Assembly: GCA_903909465.1 (NCBI GenBank)
Contig: CAIVVQ010000038.1
Location: forward strand, 1 to 61,427
From: an uncultured Opitutia bacterium
Lineage (GTDB): Bacteria > Verrucomicrobiota > Verrucomicrobiia > Opitutales > UBA953
DNA length: 61,427 nucleotides
Direction: 5' to 3'
The notes under the pieces were generated by a model. That model was given only the letters and a program-made list of their open reading frames with translations, had not been told where the DNA came from and ran no database searches. The position numbers were made by a program, and so were the translations under genes. Positions 47,936 through 57,571 of the stretch are shown in pieces (the first letter of the stretch is position 1; every line of letters starts with the position of its first letter).

Positions 47936-49399
47936 TTAATGTTTATCCCAGTCGAGGGTGACTTTGACGGGGCGGTGTTCCCAAACATTGAGCGGGTCAA
48001 AGATTTGGCCAGGGGCTAAAATATTATTAGGATCAAGCGCCTTTTTAACAGCGAGCATCGCATTGATTTCAGCGGGCGAGTGTTGCAGGCGAAGGAAAGG
48101 GGATTTGGCGATACCGATGCCGTGTTCACCGGTGATGGCGCCGCCGAGTTCGACGACTTTCTTCATAACTTCATGAATCGCGGCTTCGGCTTTCTTGCAG
48201 TGCTCGGGATTATCACGGTCATACATGATGTGAACGTGGAAGTTGCCATCGGCCGCATGTCCAAAAGTCGGTGTGGCCAATCCGATACGGTCGCGAATTT
48301 CGCGCGTGTATTTAATGAGCGCCACGTAACTGCGGAAGGGTACGACGATGTCTTCGTTTAATTTCGCATTGCCCAGCGAGTACATCGCCTGTGAACACGT
48401 GCGACGAATGTCCCAGAGTGCTTCGGCCTCAGCTTCATTATCGGTTTCACGATGCGCCACGGCGTAGGTTTTAATCCATTCGCGAATTTTTTTCGCGTCC
48501 TCAGCTAAGACCGAAGGGTGGCCATCGATTTCGACTAAGAGAATCGAGTGGGTTTCTTTGTTGCCCATTAATTCTTCGGTGGAGAACACCCGGCTGCCGC
48601 GACGCTTTTCTGCGGCTTCGACGGTTTGCGTATCAAGGAATTCAAAGACCGAAGGATTAACGCGCGAGCCCATGAGCTTCGCGGCGGCTTCGAGGGCGAT
48701 TTCATCGGTGCGACAAGCCAGCAGGAAGGTGCGGCGGGCAATGGGTTTATTGACGAGTTTAATAACGGCCTTGGTGATGACACCAAGGGTGCCTTCGGAG
48801 CCAATCCACAGGTCGCGCAAATTAATGCCACTGACAAATTTTCGAAGCGGTGCGCCCCAGCGAACTTTTTCGCCGGTGGGTAAAAATCCTTCGAGTGCGT
48901 AAACGTGATCTCGCACCACGCCGTATTTTGCGGCGCGCAATCCGCCCGCATTCGTCGCGATATTGCCGCCGATGCTGCAATATTTTAATGAAGAAGGGTC
49001 GGGTGGGAAAAATAATCCATGTGGAGCGGCGAGCTCATTAATTTTTGCGGTGATGGCTCCTGGTTGTACGGTCGCCATCGCGGACACGGGATCGATTTCA
49101 ATTTTGTCCCAGTGATCGAGGTGGATGACCCAGCCGCCGTGAATTGGTGAACTTGCTCCGGTGTTGCCGGTCCCACGACCGCGAACAGTGACGGGTACGC
49201 GGTATTGATTCGCTAATTTTAAAACCGTTCCGATGTCATCTTCGATGCCCGGGCGAATGACGGCCTCGGGCATGAAAGAAAGTCGCATGTTGTCGAACGA
49301 TGCAGCGAAGCAAGTAGCCTCATCGGTCTTCACCTTCTCGGAGCCTAAGGCAGCGAGAAGTGCTTTGGTTGCATCGGGATGAGTCTGGACGGTTTTCAT
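47936..49399 (-). CDS. FAD-linked oxidase (GlcD / D-lactate dehydrogenase family)
   Basis: PCMH-type FAD-binding region (VTVRGRGTGNTGAS) and C-terminal GEHGIG motif. ATG at 49399 avoids overlap with nadE. Confidence 0.82.
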   Translation of the reverse strand: MKTVQTHPDATKALLAALGSEKVKTDEATCFAASFDNMRLSFMPEAVIRPGIEDDIGTVLKLANQYRVPVTVRGRGTGNTGASSPIHGGWVIHLDHWDKIEIDPVSAMATVQPGAITAKINELAAPHGLFFPPDPSSLKYCSIGGNIATNAGGLRAAKYGVVRDHVYALEGFLPTGEKVRWGAPLRKFVSGINLRDLWIGSEGTLGVITKAVIKLVNKPIARRTFLLACRTDEIALEAAAKLMGSRVNPSVFEFLDTQTVEAAEKRRGSRVFSTEELMGNKETHSILLVEIDGHPSVLAEDAKKIREWIKTYAVAHRETDNEAEAEALWDIRRTCSQAMYSLGNAKLNEDIVVPFRSYVALIKYTREIRDRIGLATPTFGHAADGNFHVHIMYDRDNPEHCKKAEAAIHEVMKKVVELGGAITGEHGIGIAKSPFLRLQHSPAEINAMLAVKKALDPNNILAPGQIFDPLNVWEHRPVKVTLDWDKH

Positions 49400-49419
49400 C
49401 GCACCGCCATCAAGCACGA

Positions 49420-51363
49420 TTAGGCCAGTTCCGCAAGCCACGCTGTGGCTTCTGCATCAGATGGCATGCGCCAATCGCCACGAGGGGAAAGGGCGACGGA
49501 ACCAATTTTAGGACCATCGGGCATAGCGGAACGCTTATATTGCTGACTGAAGAAGCGGCTCAGGAAGTAACGGAGCCAGTGTTTGATTTCGGCCTGGTCG
49601 TATTTGCCGACAAACGCATGTTCGGCAATCCACTGAACTTTTGCGGGGCGGAAGCCGTTGCGGATAATGTGGAATAGGAAGAAATCGTGCAGTTCGTAGG
49701 GGCCAACCAGCAGTTCGGTTTGCTGAGTGATTTCGCCTTCGGAGCCGGGTGGGAGGAGTTCAGGGCTGACCGGGGTTGCGACGATGTCTTCGAGTAAGGC
49801 GCGTTCGTGACCGACGTGGCGGGCATGAGCGGCCCAGGAGACGAGGTGGCGAACGAGGGTCTTAGGTACGCCGATGTTAACGTGGTACATCGACATGTGA
49901 TCGGCGTTGAAGGTGCACCAACCGAGGGCGGCTTCGGATAAATCTCCGGTGCCAACCACAAAACCGCCGACCTGATTCGCGACATTCATCAACACTTGAG
50001 TCCGTTCACGCGCTTGAGTGTTTTCAAAAGTGACATCGTGTTTACCGACCGGGTGTTGAATGTCCGCTAAGTGAAGTTCAACAGCTTTAGTGATGGAAAT
50101 TTCGCGCGCGGTGATGCCGAGGGCCTCCATTAACTTCATTGCGTTTTGACGCGTGCGAATGGAAGTGCCAGGGCCAGGCATCGTGACGCCGATGATGCCC
50201 TTGCGATCCAGTCCGAGTCGGCCGAACGCTTCGAGCATTACCAGCAGGGCTAAAGTAGAATCAAGTCCACCCGATACGCCGATGACCGCTTGGCGAACAC
50301 CTGTATGGCGAAGTCGACGCGCGAGGCCGGTTGATTGAATCGCGAAAATTTCTTGGCTGTTTTCGTCGCGACGGTGTGGGTCAGAAGGAACGAACGGTTG
50401 TTGCGGGAAGCGACGGCGGAGTTTCGGTGTGGTGCCCGTGGGGTGTCCGATCGTGAAATGAATCTGACGTGGCTGCAGTGTGCTTGGCGTGCCGAAGAAG
50501 GTGCTATTACGGCGACGTTCGGATTGTAATTTATCGACGTCGATTTGCGAAACCAGCAGCGAGAGTTCAAAGCGAAAACGCTCAGATTCGCCCAATACTA
50601 GGCCGTTTTCAGCGATGAGGCCGTGTCCGCTGTAAACGATATCGGTGCTCGATTCGCCAGCGCCGGCGGCAGCGTAAACATAGGCAGCGAGGCAGCGGGC
50701 AGATTGGGAGCGAACGAGGTCGCGACGGTAAGCGGATTTCGTCAGGAGTTCATCGCTGGCCGAAAGGTTGCAGAGTAGGGTGGCGCCGGCGAGTGCTTGT
50801 GCACCGCTTGGAGGTTCGACTGCCCAGAGGTCTTCGCAGATTTCAATGCCGACGACGCAATCAGGGACATCGGTGGCGTAAAAAAGTAAATCGATACCGA
50901 ACGGGATTTTTTGTCCGTTGAATTCGATTTCTTTAACCGGAGCCACGCGACTCGAGGCGAACCAGCGTTGTTCGTAAAATTCTCCGGTGTTTGGCAGGTG
51001 AGTTTTTGGAACGATACCGAGAATGCGTCCGTGCGAAATGAAAGCGGCGACATTGAAGAGTCGTCCCGAGACCTCGAGGGGGAGTCCGACGAGGGCGGTG
51101 AGGTTGAGGCGCGCCGTTGCCTCGGTGACTTGTGTGAGGGCCTTGAGTGCACTCGTCAGGAGGGCACGTTGACCGAAGAGATCCCCGCAGCTATAGCCAG
51201 TGAGACAGAGTTCGGGTAAAACGACGATTTCGGCGCCTTCGGTGGCTGCCTTTTCGAGGGCCTGGATGACCAACTGGGCGTTAGCTGCAGGGTCTCCTAG
51301 GCGTAGGGCCGGTGAAGCGGCCGCCACGGCCACGAATCCAAATGGGTGAGTCCGTTTTGGCAT
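49420..51363 (-). CDS. nadE: glutamine-dependent NAD+ synthetase (CN-hydrolase plus synthetase domains)
   Basis: N-terminal nitrilase-like domain (VVLPELCLTGY ... ICEDLW) and PP-loop GVSGGLDSTLAL; 647 aa. Confidence 0.92.
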   Translation of the reverse strand: MPKRTHPFGFVAVAAASPALRLGDPAANAQLVIQALEKAATEGAEIVVLPELCLTGYSCGDLFGQRALLTSALKALTQVTEATARLNLTALVGLPLEVSGRLFNVAAFISHGRILGIVPKTHLPNTGEFYEQRWFASSRVAPVKEIEFNGQKIPFGIDLLFYATDVPDCVVGIEICEDLWAVEPPSGAQALAGATLLCNLSASDELLTKSAYRRDLVRSQSARCLAAYVYAAAGAGESSTDIVYSGHGLIAENGLVLGESERFRFELSLLVSQIDVDKLQSERRRNSTFFGTPSTLQPRQIHFTIGHPTGTTPKLRRRFPQQPFVPSDPHRRDENSQEIFAIQSTGLARRLRHTGVRQAVIGVSGGLDSTLALLVMLEAFGRLGLDRKGIIGVTMPGPGTSIRTRQNAMKLMEALGITAREISITKAVELHLADIQHPVGKHDVTFENTQARERTQVLMNVANQVGGFVVGTGDLSEAALGWCTFNADHMSMYHVNIGVPKTLVRHLVSWAAHARHVGHERALLEDIVATPVSPELLPPGSEGEITQQTELLVGPYELHDFFLFHIIRNGFRPAKVQWIAEHAFVGKYDQAEIKHWLRYFLSRFFSQQYKRSAMPDGPKIGSVALSPRGDWRMPSDAEATAWLAELA

Positions 51364-51449
51364 TTTTAGGCTCGGTAACGCTCATGTTCACCGTTGACCC
51401 TGTGGGTGGCAATCCGAAAGGTCTTCACATCCCCTGTTTTAGGGCTGTT

Positions 51450-52403
51450 ATGTCTCAAATGTCACTTAAAGAAGTCCGCGTTTTCTCCCCCGCCACCGTT
51501 GCCAACGTGGCTTGCGGGTTCGACGTGCTCGGTTTCGCGATTGAGCAACCGGGTGATGAGATCGTGGTTCGTCGCTCGGCGCAGCCAGGTTTTCGCATCA
51601 CGAAGATCACGGGCGATGATGGACGACTCCCTTTGGATCCTAAACTGAACACAGCCGGTGTGGCGGTGTTGGATCTCTTGCGTCACTTGGGTAAGACCGA
51701 TCTCGGTATCGAGATGGAAATCCATAAGAAGATGCCTTTCGGTAGTGGCTTGGGTTCGAGCGCAGCCAGTGCGGTCGGCGGTGCCTTTGCGGTGAATCAT
51801 TTATTAGGTGAGCCACTCACACGTAAGCAATTGTTACCCTTTGTGGTCGCGGGTGAAGCGGCGGCCGATGGTGCGTGGCATGCGGACAACGTCGGCCCCT
51901 GTTTATTGGGCGGCATTACACTCATTCGTTCGAATGCGGAACTCGATGTGCATGCGATTCCAATTCCCGAAAACCTTTGGGCTGCGGTTGTGCATCCTGA
52001 CATCGTCGTGCTCACGAAAGTCGCGCGCGAGATTATGCCTCGTCACATTCAGCTCGAAACTTCGACACAACAAATCGGCAACCTGGGCGGACTCATCTGC
52101 GGCCTGTATCAGAGTGACTACGCATTGATTGGTCGCTCGTTGCATGACTTGATTGCAGAGCCCTACCGTCAGCGTTTGATTCCTGAATTTTATCGTGCCA
52201 AGCGTGCCGCGATGGCCGCGGGAGCGCTCGGTTTCTCTATATCTGGTGCGGGTCCCAGCGTCTTCGCGTTGTGCGAAGGCGAGAAGGCGGCTCGCGAGGT
52301 CGCTAAGGCAGTGGCTGAAGTTTTTAGCTCGGTGCCTTTGAAGGCCACACCATACGTTTCGCGTATCAATCCCAAAGGTGTTCATGTCCTCTCAGCCTCG
52401 TAA
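51450..52403 (+). CDS. thrB: homoserine kinase
   Basis: GHMP kinase motif PFGSGLGSSAASAVGG and N-terminus VRVFSPATVANVACGFD. The internal ATG at 51450 was chosen. Confidence 0.92.
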   Translation: MSQMSLKEVRVFSPATVANVACGFDVLGFAIEQPGDEIVVRRSAQPGFRITKITGDDGRLPLDPKLNTAGVAVLDLLRHLGKTDLGIEMEIHKKMPFGSGLGSSAASAVGGAFAVNHLLGEPLTRKQLLPFVVAGEAAADGAWHADNVGPCLLGGITLIRSNAELDVHAIPIPENLWAAVVHPDIVVLTKVAREIMPRHIQLETSTQQIGNLGGLICGLYQSDYALIGRSLHDLIAEPYRQRLIPEFYRAKRAAMAAGALGFSISGAGPSVFALCEGEKAAREVAKAVAEVFSSVPLKATPYVSRINPKGVHVLSAS

Positions 52404-53715
52404 GTTGGAGTTCATTTCTACCGCGGACAGTCAGCAGCGCGCCTCACTGCGTGAGGTCCTGTTGTCCTCCATGCCGGGCAAGGGCGGACTTTGGATTCCG
52501 AGCGTGATCCCTGTGTTGCCCGCAGACTTTGTTCAAAAGCACGCGAAGGATACTTATCCGCAACTCGCGGAAGCGGTGATCGCACCGTTCTTCGCTGATG
52601 AGCTGGGTGCCGATGTATTGCACAGGCTTTGCGTTGAGTCGTTTAATTTCCCAGTGCCGCTGGTCTATCCCGAAGGTTACAAGGGAACGGCGCAGGAGCA
52701 TATCTCTGTCTTAGAATTATTTCAGGGCCCGTCCGCAGCGTTTAAAGATTTTGCCGTGCGTATGTTGGTGCGCGTGACCGCGCATGTCTTAAGTAACGAT
52801 TTTCCCGAACTCACAATTTTAGCTGCGACTTCGGGTGATACCGGTGCCGCGGTGACGGAGGCATGCTCAGGTGTTAAGGGTGTGCGCGCCGTTGTGCTTT
52901 ATCCGCGTGTCGGAGTGAGTGGTGTGCAAGAATCTCAGATTGCTCGAGCCCGCCCTGGTGTTGTCGCTATTTCGGTCGATGGAACATTTGATGACTGTCA
53001 GGCCTTGGTGAAACGTGCGCTGGCGGACGACTCACTGCGTCGCAAGCGCCCTTTATTAACGGCTAATTCGATTAACCCCGTGCGTCTGATTTCTCAGGTG
53101 CCGTTTGCTTTCCACGCACGCCGTTTGTTGGATGCGCAGCGCGCGATGGCGATCGTTGTGCCCTCGGGTAATTTAGGAAATGTCGGTGCCGTGCAACTTG
53201 CCCGTCGCATGGGGCTTTCGGTTGATACCTTAATTGCCGCGACGAACACGAACTCTCCACTGCCGCATTTATTTGCCACTGGAAAATATGAGCCTCGTCG
53301 CGCACAGCCTACTGCGTCGAATGCGATGGATATTGGTGACCCCAATAATTTAGGCCGACTCCTAGCGTGGCGCGAAGGCGGTCCCGAAGTTTCAGCGGTT
53401 ACGGTTGATGACGTTGCAACGCTGGATGCGATGCGTCGAGTTCGTGCGAAGGGCGGCTATGTACTTTGTCCGCACACTGCGGTGGGCTGGAAGGCCGCAG
53501 AAGATTTGGTCGCACGCGATACGCGTAAGAATTTAGACGTGGTTGTTTTTGGTACGGCACACCCGGCGAAGTTCCCGGATGTGTTGCAAGATGCCTTTGG
53601 TGACCGGAACGTTTCGACCTTCCCGTTTGTGTTACCGAAGCCAGAGCCTTTGCGCGTTGGCAACGATTACGAAGCCATTCGCCAAATCTTAGAATCTGAA
53701 GCGGGCTTTAGGTAA
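52384..53715 (+). CDS. thrC: threonine synthase
   Basis: PLP-Lys context GPSAAFKDFA; 443 aa from ATG 52384. It overlaps the thrB end by 20 nt. Confidence 0.9.
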   Translation: MSSQPRKLEFISTADSQQRASLREVLLSSMPGKGGLWIPSVIPVLPADFVQKHAKDTYPQLAEAVIAPFFADELGADVLHRLCVESFNFPVPLVYPEGYKGTAQEHISVLELFQGPSAAFKDFAVRMLVRVTAHVLSNDFPELTILAATSGDTGAAVTEACSGVKGVRAVVLYPRVGVSGVQESQIARARPGVVAISVDGTFDDCQALVKRALADDSLRRKRPLLTANSINPVRLISQVPFAFHARRLLDAQRAMAIVVPSGNLGNVGAVQLARRMGLSVDTLIAATNTNSPLPHLFATGKYEPRRAQPTASNAMDIGDPNNLGRLLAWREGGPEVSAVTVDDVATLDAMRRVRAKGGYVLCPHTAVGWKAAEDLVARDTRKNLDVVVFGTAHPAKFPDVLQDAFGDRNVSTFPFVLPKPEPLRVGNDYEAIRQILESEAGFR

Positions 53716-53785
53716 AAGTAAGTTAGGATTTTTGAGGACAACTAAGTGATTGTAAAAATACGCACCTAGTTTAATCAAAGTTTAG

Positions 53786-54685
53786 ATGCTAAAAGGCCTC
53801 GATGTTTGGACTACCAAAGTGCTCGTTGGGTCGGGACATCCTTTGCTTAATTTTAAAGCCGAGAAAACCATTTATGCCTTAAGTGGACAAGGGTTACGTT
53901 GGCGACGTCTACACACTTTTACATTTGCTGACCCATTTTTGATTACGGACTCCGAAAGGCTTTGGCTGTTCGTTGAGCAACAAAAGCATCACGAGCACGG
54001 TAAGATCATTGCATACAGTACACAGGATTTACAAACGTGGAAGAGTCACGGCGTGGTTCTAGAGGAATCGAGCCATTTGTCATACCCGCAAGTCTTTGAA
54101 GATAGCGGCAACTATTGGTTACTACCCGAAAGTATAGAGTCGGGCAAAGTTACCCTTTATAAGGCCGACGCATTGCCAGGCCCGTGGCGTCGCGCGGCTG
54201 AACTTTTGCCCTCGGCACATGCGGACCCGACGATTTTTCAACACCATGGGGTTTGGTACTTATGGGCAACTGATTTAGGCAACCATCTGCGTCTTTATTG
54301 GGCCAATCAATTGCAGGGGCCTTACCATGAGCATCCACGCTCACCGCTAACATCCGATTTGCGTTACATGCGTTGCGGCGGTCGCGTGCAGCGTTTGCCA
54401 GATGGTAGTGTGGTGCGTTTAGCGCAAGATTCATCCGAAGGCTATGGAAAGTATTTGCATGTGATGGCTATCACTCAACTGACGCCAGAAGCCTACCAGG
54501 AGGAATTAAGACAGCCTGATATCCTGTCGCGGGATGAGGGCTGGAACCGAGAGGGCGGCCATCACCTCGATAGCATAGAGTTTAAGGGCCAAGTTATTTT
54601 GGCCGTTGACGGACGGGTATCGGAGTCCGCCTGGAATACCCCTGCCCGAATTTTCTGGGGTCTTTTCCGCCGTCTTTTCAGTTAA
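53786..54685 (+). CDS. hypothetical protein, GH43-like beta-propeller / glucosamine-inositolphosphorylceramide-transferase-like family (tentative)
   Basis: FADPFLI, HLSYPQVFE and LLPES motifs resemble that family as I recall it. The gene lies next to a glycosyltransferase. Confidence 0.4.
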   Translation: MLKGLDVWTTKVLVGSGHPLLNFKAEKTIYALSGQGLRWRRLHTFTFADPFLITDSERLWLFVEQQKHHEHGKIIAYSTQDLQTWKSHGVVLEESSHLSYPQVFEDSGNYWLLPESIESGKVTLYKADALPGPWRRAAELLPSAHADPTIFQHHGVWYLWATDLGNHLRLYWANQLQGPYHEHPRSPLTSDLRYMRCGGRVQRLPDGSVVRLAQDSSEGYGKYLHVMAITQLTPEAYQEELRQPDILSRDEGWNREGGHHLDSIEFKGQVILAVDGRVSESAWNTPARIFWGLFRRLFS

Positions 54686-54733
54686 GTTGGACAGAATTTG
54701 ACATTATTTCTATTCGATATCAGATAAATACTT

Positions 54734-55957
54734 ATGCCAAGTCGGATTTTAATCACGAGTCATTCGATGCATTTGGGCGGTGTTGAGCGCAGCTTAATTT
54801 CACTTCTTGAGTCATTGCCTAAAGGGAGCGTCCAAGTGGATTTATTTCTTTATGATCATTCAGGTGATTTGCTTTCTCAGATTCCTGCTGATGTGAATCT
54901 CTTGCCACCTTCGGCTTGGTATTTAGCGCTTTGCCTGCCGCTCGTGCGCGTACTTACAAGTAAGCAATTTTCAATCGGCCTGTCGCGTCTTTTTGCTAAG
55001 GCGATCCGTTTCATGCGCGGTCTTTTGGGTTTGGCGCCTGGGTTTTTATTGGCGCGTTCGTATCGTTACGCCGGGGTATTTTTGCCAAAAATTCCTGGAG
55101 AGTATGATTTAGCGATTAGTTTCTTAAAGCCACACGATTTCGTAATTAGTAAAGTTCGGGCGCGAAGAAAAGTTGGTTGGGTGCATACCGACTATACGGC
55201 ACTCGAAACGGGGGTCGTGATTGGGCTTGAGCAAGAAGCTTGGAAAAAGCTGGACCGTGTTGTCGCAGTATCCAGTGAGGTTGGCGATCATTTCGGCGAA
55301 GTTTTTCCTGAGATTTCTAACCGTATCATCGTTATAGAAAATATTCTCAACCCAGGTGCCATACGCCAAAAGGCTTTAATTAATAAAATCAATCTGATGG
55401 AGGATGCTAAAAAGTCTGGGTACTTTTGCCTGTGTACGGTGGGAAGGTTTAGTTATGCTAAGGGAATCGATCTGGCTGCCGAGGCCGCTGCGAAGTTGAG
55501 AAATTCGGGTATAAAATTTCGTTGGTACATCATTGGCTATGGTGATGACCTCCCGATTATTCAGGAGAAAATCAACAATCTCGGTATTAGTGAGGAATTT
55601 ATTTTATTAGGTGCCAATGAAAATCCTTACCCGCATATGTTGGCCTGTGATTTATATGTACAGCCGTCGCGCTATGAAGGTAAGTGTGTGTCGATCCGCG
55701 AGGCTCAGATTTTAGGTAAGGCGGTTTTAGTTTCCCGATACCCGACGGTGGACACTCAAGTTGAGCATGGCGCCGATGGCTGGATTGTGCCTGCAGGGGT
55801 TGATGGGCTAGTGGATGGTCTCCAAATTGTATTACAGGATGCTAACTTAAGAGAACGTTTGGCAATGTGCGCAGCATCTCGCGACTATAGTAATCGGCAA
55901 GAGATCCAAAAAGTCCTTGCACTTCTTCCTGATCCCATCGCTTTAGTTTCAATTTAA
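54734..55957 (+). CDS. GT4-family (Glycos_transf_1) glycosyltransferase
   Basis: GT-B C-terminal domain with the E-x7-E region PSRYEGKCVSIREAQILGKAVL. Confidence 0.82.
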   Translation: MPSRILITSHSMHLGGVERSLISLLESLPKGSVQVDLFLYDHSGDLLSQIPADVNLLPPSAWYLALCLPLVRVLTSKQFSIGLSRLFAKAIRFMRGLLGLAPGFLLARSYRYAGVFLPKIPGEYDLAISFLKPHDFVISKVRARRKVGWVHTDYTALETGVVIGLEQEAWKKLDRVVAVSSEVGDHFGEVFPEISNRIIVIENILNPGAIRQKALINKINLMEDAKKSGYFCLCTVGRFSYAKGIDLAAEAAAKLRNSGIKFRWYIIGYGDDLPIIQEKINNLGISEEFILLGANENPYPHMLACDLYVQPSRYEGKCVSIREAQILGKAVLVSRYPTVDTQVEHGADGWIVPAGVDGLVDGLQIVLQDANLRERLAMCAASRDYSNRQEIQKVLALLPDPIALVSI

Positions 55958-56023
55958 ACTTCCCCTTTGAGGAACAATGCCGTGCGGCTTTAGCCAGGTC
56001 TTAAAACCCGAAGCGCGTTTCCA

Positions 56024-56069
56024 CCCCCAACAAAAAACCCCGCCAATAAGCGGGGTTTTTTGTTGGGGG
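56024..56069. terminator. bidirectional terminator: perfect 20-bp inverted repeat between convergent genes
   Basis: CCCCCAACAAAAAACCCCGC-CAATAA-GCGGGGTTTTTTGTTGGGGG. Confidence 0.85.
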
Positions 56070-56080
56070 TTGTTAAAGGA

Positions 56081-56797
56081 TTAGGCCTTACGGCGACGGC
56101 GTACTGCAACAGCGGCGAGGGCTAGGCCACCAAGCATCAGACCGTAGGTCGAAGGCTCAGGAACAGAAGCGGGTGTGTAAGTGTATGTCACCGTCATGTC
56201 TGCGAAGGTACTGACGCCGATAGAACTGAATGATCCGGTCGGTGCGTTAGCACCAATACTAGAAGTGTTTTTAAGTTGGAATGTAATATTTCCAGTTCCG
56301 ACGTAATTTGTCCAATTTGCTGAGTTGATCGTAAAGATGTCAGCCGTGTTGTAAGTGATGGTCGAAAGTGCGAAGCTCTTTAATGTGCCGTTAGGTAATG
56401 TCGTTCCCAGGCCAGGGGTGATGGTGAGCAGGTTGGTTGCAGTACCGCCGTTAATCGATAAATTATCCGAATCCACATCACCAGTTCTATTGATAGTAGT
56501 GAAACCTAGGCCGGAACCACTGGCTTGCTTCAGGGATGTCGTAGTGCTGAAACCTGTGAGAGTTCCGCTGCCAACAGTTGCTTGTGCGGTAAAATTGCCG
56601 CCCAGTGAAAGTTCATTAAGAGTGACAGTGATGCCAGTCAGTTCGCCTAGCGTGCCATTAAACTTAGCAAGGTACAGGTTCGTGAAGGAGGTGTTATCAC
56701 CAGTGACAGTGAGAGTCTGGCGATCTGTAACTGTACTTGTAGTTGGAGAAGCTTGGGCTGAAGCAGCAATGAGAAGGGCTAGCAGTGGGGCGCGCAT
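56081..56797 (-). CDS. PEP-CTERM sorting-domain secreted protein
   Basis: Signal peptide MRAPLLALLIAASAQA, a T/S/N/G-rich beta-rich body, and C-terminal VPEPSTYGLMLGGLALAAVAVRRRRKA (PEP motif, TM, basic tail). Confidence 0.85.
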   Translation of the reverse strand: MRAPLLALLIAASAQASPTTSTVTDRQTLTVTGDNTSFTNLYLAKFNGTLGELTGITVTLNELSLGGNFTAQATVGSGTLTGFSTTTSLKQASGSGLGFTTINRTGDVDSDNLSINGGTATNLLTITPGLGTTLPNGTLKSFALSTITYNTADIFTINSANWTNYVGTGNITFQLKNTSSIGANAPTGSFSSIGVSTFADMTVTYTYTPASVPEPSTYGLMLGGLALAAVAVRRRRKA

Positions 56798-56948
56798 GTA
56801 TCGAAACTAGTTTAACAATAAGGGAAAGCAACCTGTTATAATTATTATAAAACATCTGCTTAAATCTGTTCATAAATATGCCATAATGACCTATTATGGC
56901 CTTTATTGAAGGAGGGGCGGACTTCCGCCGGGCTAATAGGTGGCCGAA

Positions 56949-57074
56949 TTACTTCTGCGGGGCCTCGACCTTGGCGGTGTCGGGCTTCGGGGCGCCTTTA
57001 GGAGACTCAATAACCACGATGCATCCCGTGAGGAAGAGGGCGGTGACGGCGAGAAGAGGAGCGACCAGTTTCAT
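56949..57074 (-). CDS. 41-aa putative lipoprotein (not in the ORF track)
   Basis: Hand translation gives MKLVAPLLAVTALFLTGCIVVIESPKGAPKPDTAKVEAPQK with lipobox L-T-G-C. Same strand as exbD, 49 nt downstream of it, and followed by hairpins. Confidence 0.55.
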   Translation of the reverse strand: MKLVAPLLAVTALFLTGCIVVIESPKGAPKPDTAKVEAPQK

Positions 57075-57123
57075 ACCGTTAATATTACCACCCGCTTCAA
57101 TTTGGCAACCCAGCAGTCGGGAA

Positions 57124-57570
57124 TTATTCGGGGGGATTCGCTACCGTGAAAGTGATATGTGTGACCTCAGCGCGGGCAAGGGCGTCGAGCACGTTTACCA
57201 CGCGATTGTACAGGGCGGTCTCGGCGGCCTGGACGGTGACCAGCAATTTAGTTTTGGACTGCTGAGAGGCTTTTCCCATTTGGGCCATTTGACGATAGAG
57301 CTCTTCAAGGGTTTCGTCGCTGGGCTGAGCGATGGGATCATCGTTCAAGGTGACGGCTCCGTTCTCAGCCACGCCCAGCATCACTTCGTCTGGCATCTCA
57401 ACGCTCTGCGCGGTATCGGCGCGACCAGGGAGCGAAGTTTTTAATTCATATTCCACTTTCACGGCACCGGCCATGACCATAAAGAAAAGCATGATTACGA
57501 AAACGACATCAATCATCGGAGCGATTTGAAAGCCCGCGTCGGCCGTCGACTCACGTTTAATGGATTTCAT
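57124..57570 (-). CDS. exbD: ExbD/TolR family biopolymer transport protein (copy 2)
   Basis: FQIAPMIDVVFVIMLFFM TM segment with the conserved Asp. ATG at 57570 lies 1 nt after the upstream exbD stop. Confidence 0.88.
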   Translation of the reverse strand: MKSIKRESTADAGFQIAPMIDVVFVIMLFFMVMAGAVKVEYELKTSLPGRADTAQSVEMPDEVMLGVAENGAVTLNDDPIAQPSDETLEELYRQMAQMGKASQQSKTKLLVTVQAAETALYNRVVNVLDALARAEVTHITFTVANPPE

Positions 57571-57571
57571 T

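Noticed and set aside
51903-52385. 160-aa minus-strand ORF inside thrB
   Set aside because: It is antisense to thrB, which carries the GHMP motif. It has no start or terminator context.
56355-56810. 151-aa plus-strand ORF antisense to the PEP-CTERM gene
   Set aside because: The minus-strand product has a signal peptide and a complete PEP-CTERM sorting signal. The plus ORF has no recognisable features.
56896-57444. 182-aa plus-strand ORF spanning the exbD 3' region
   Set aside because: It is antisense to exbD-2 and to the 41-aa lipoprotein ORF, and its protein has no recognisable domain.
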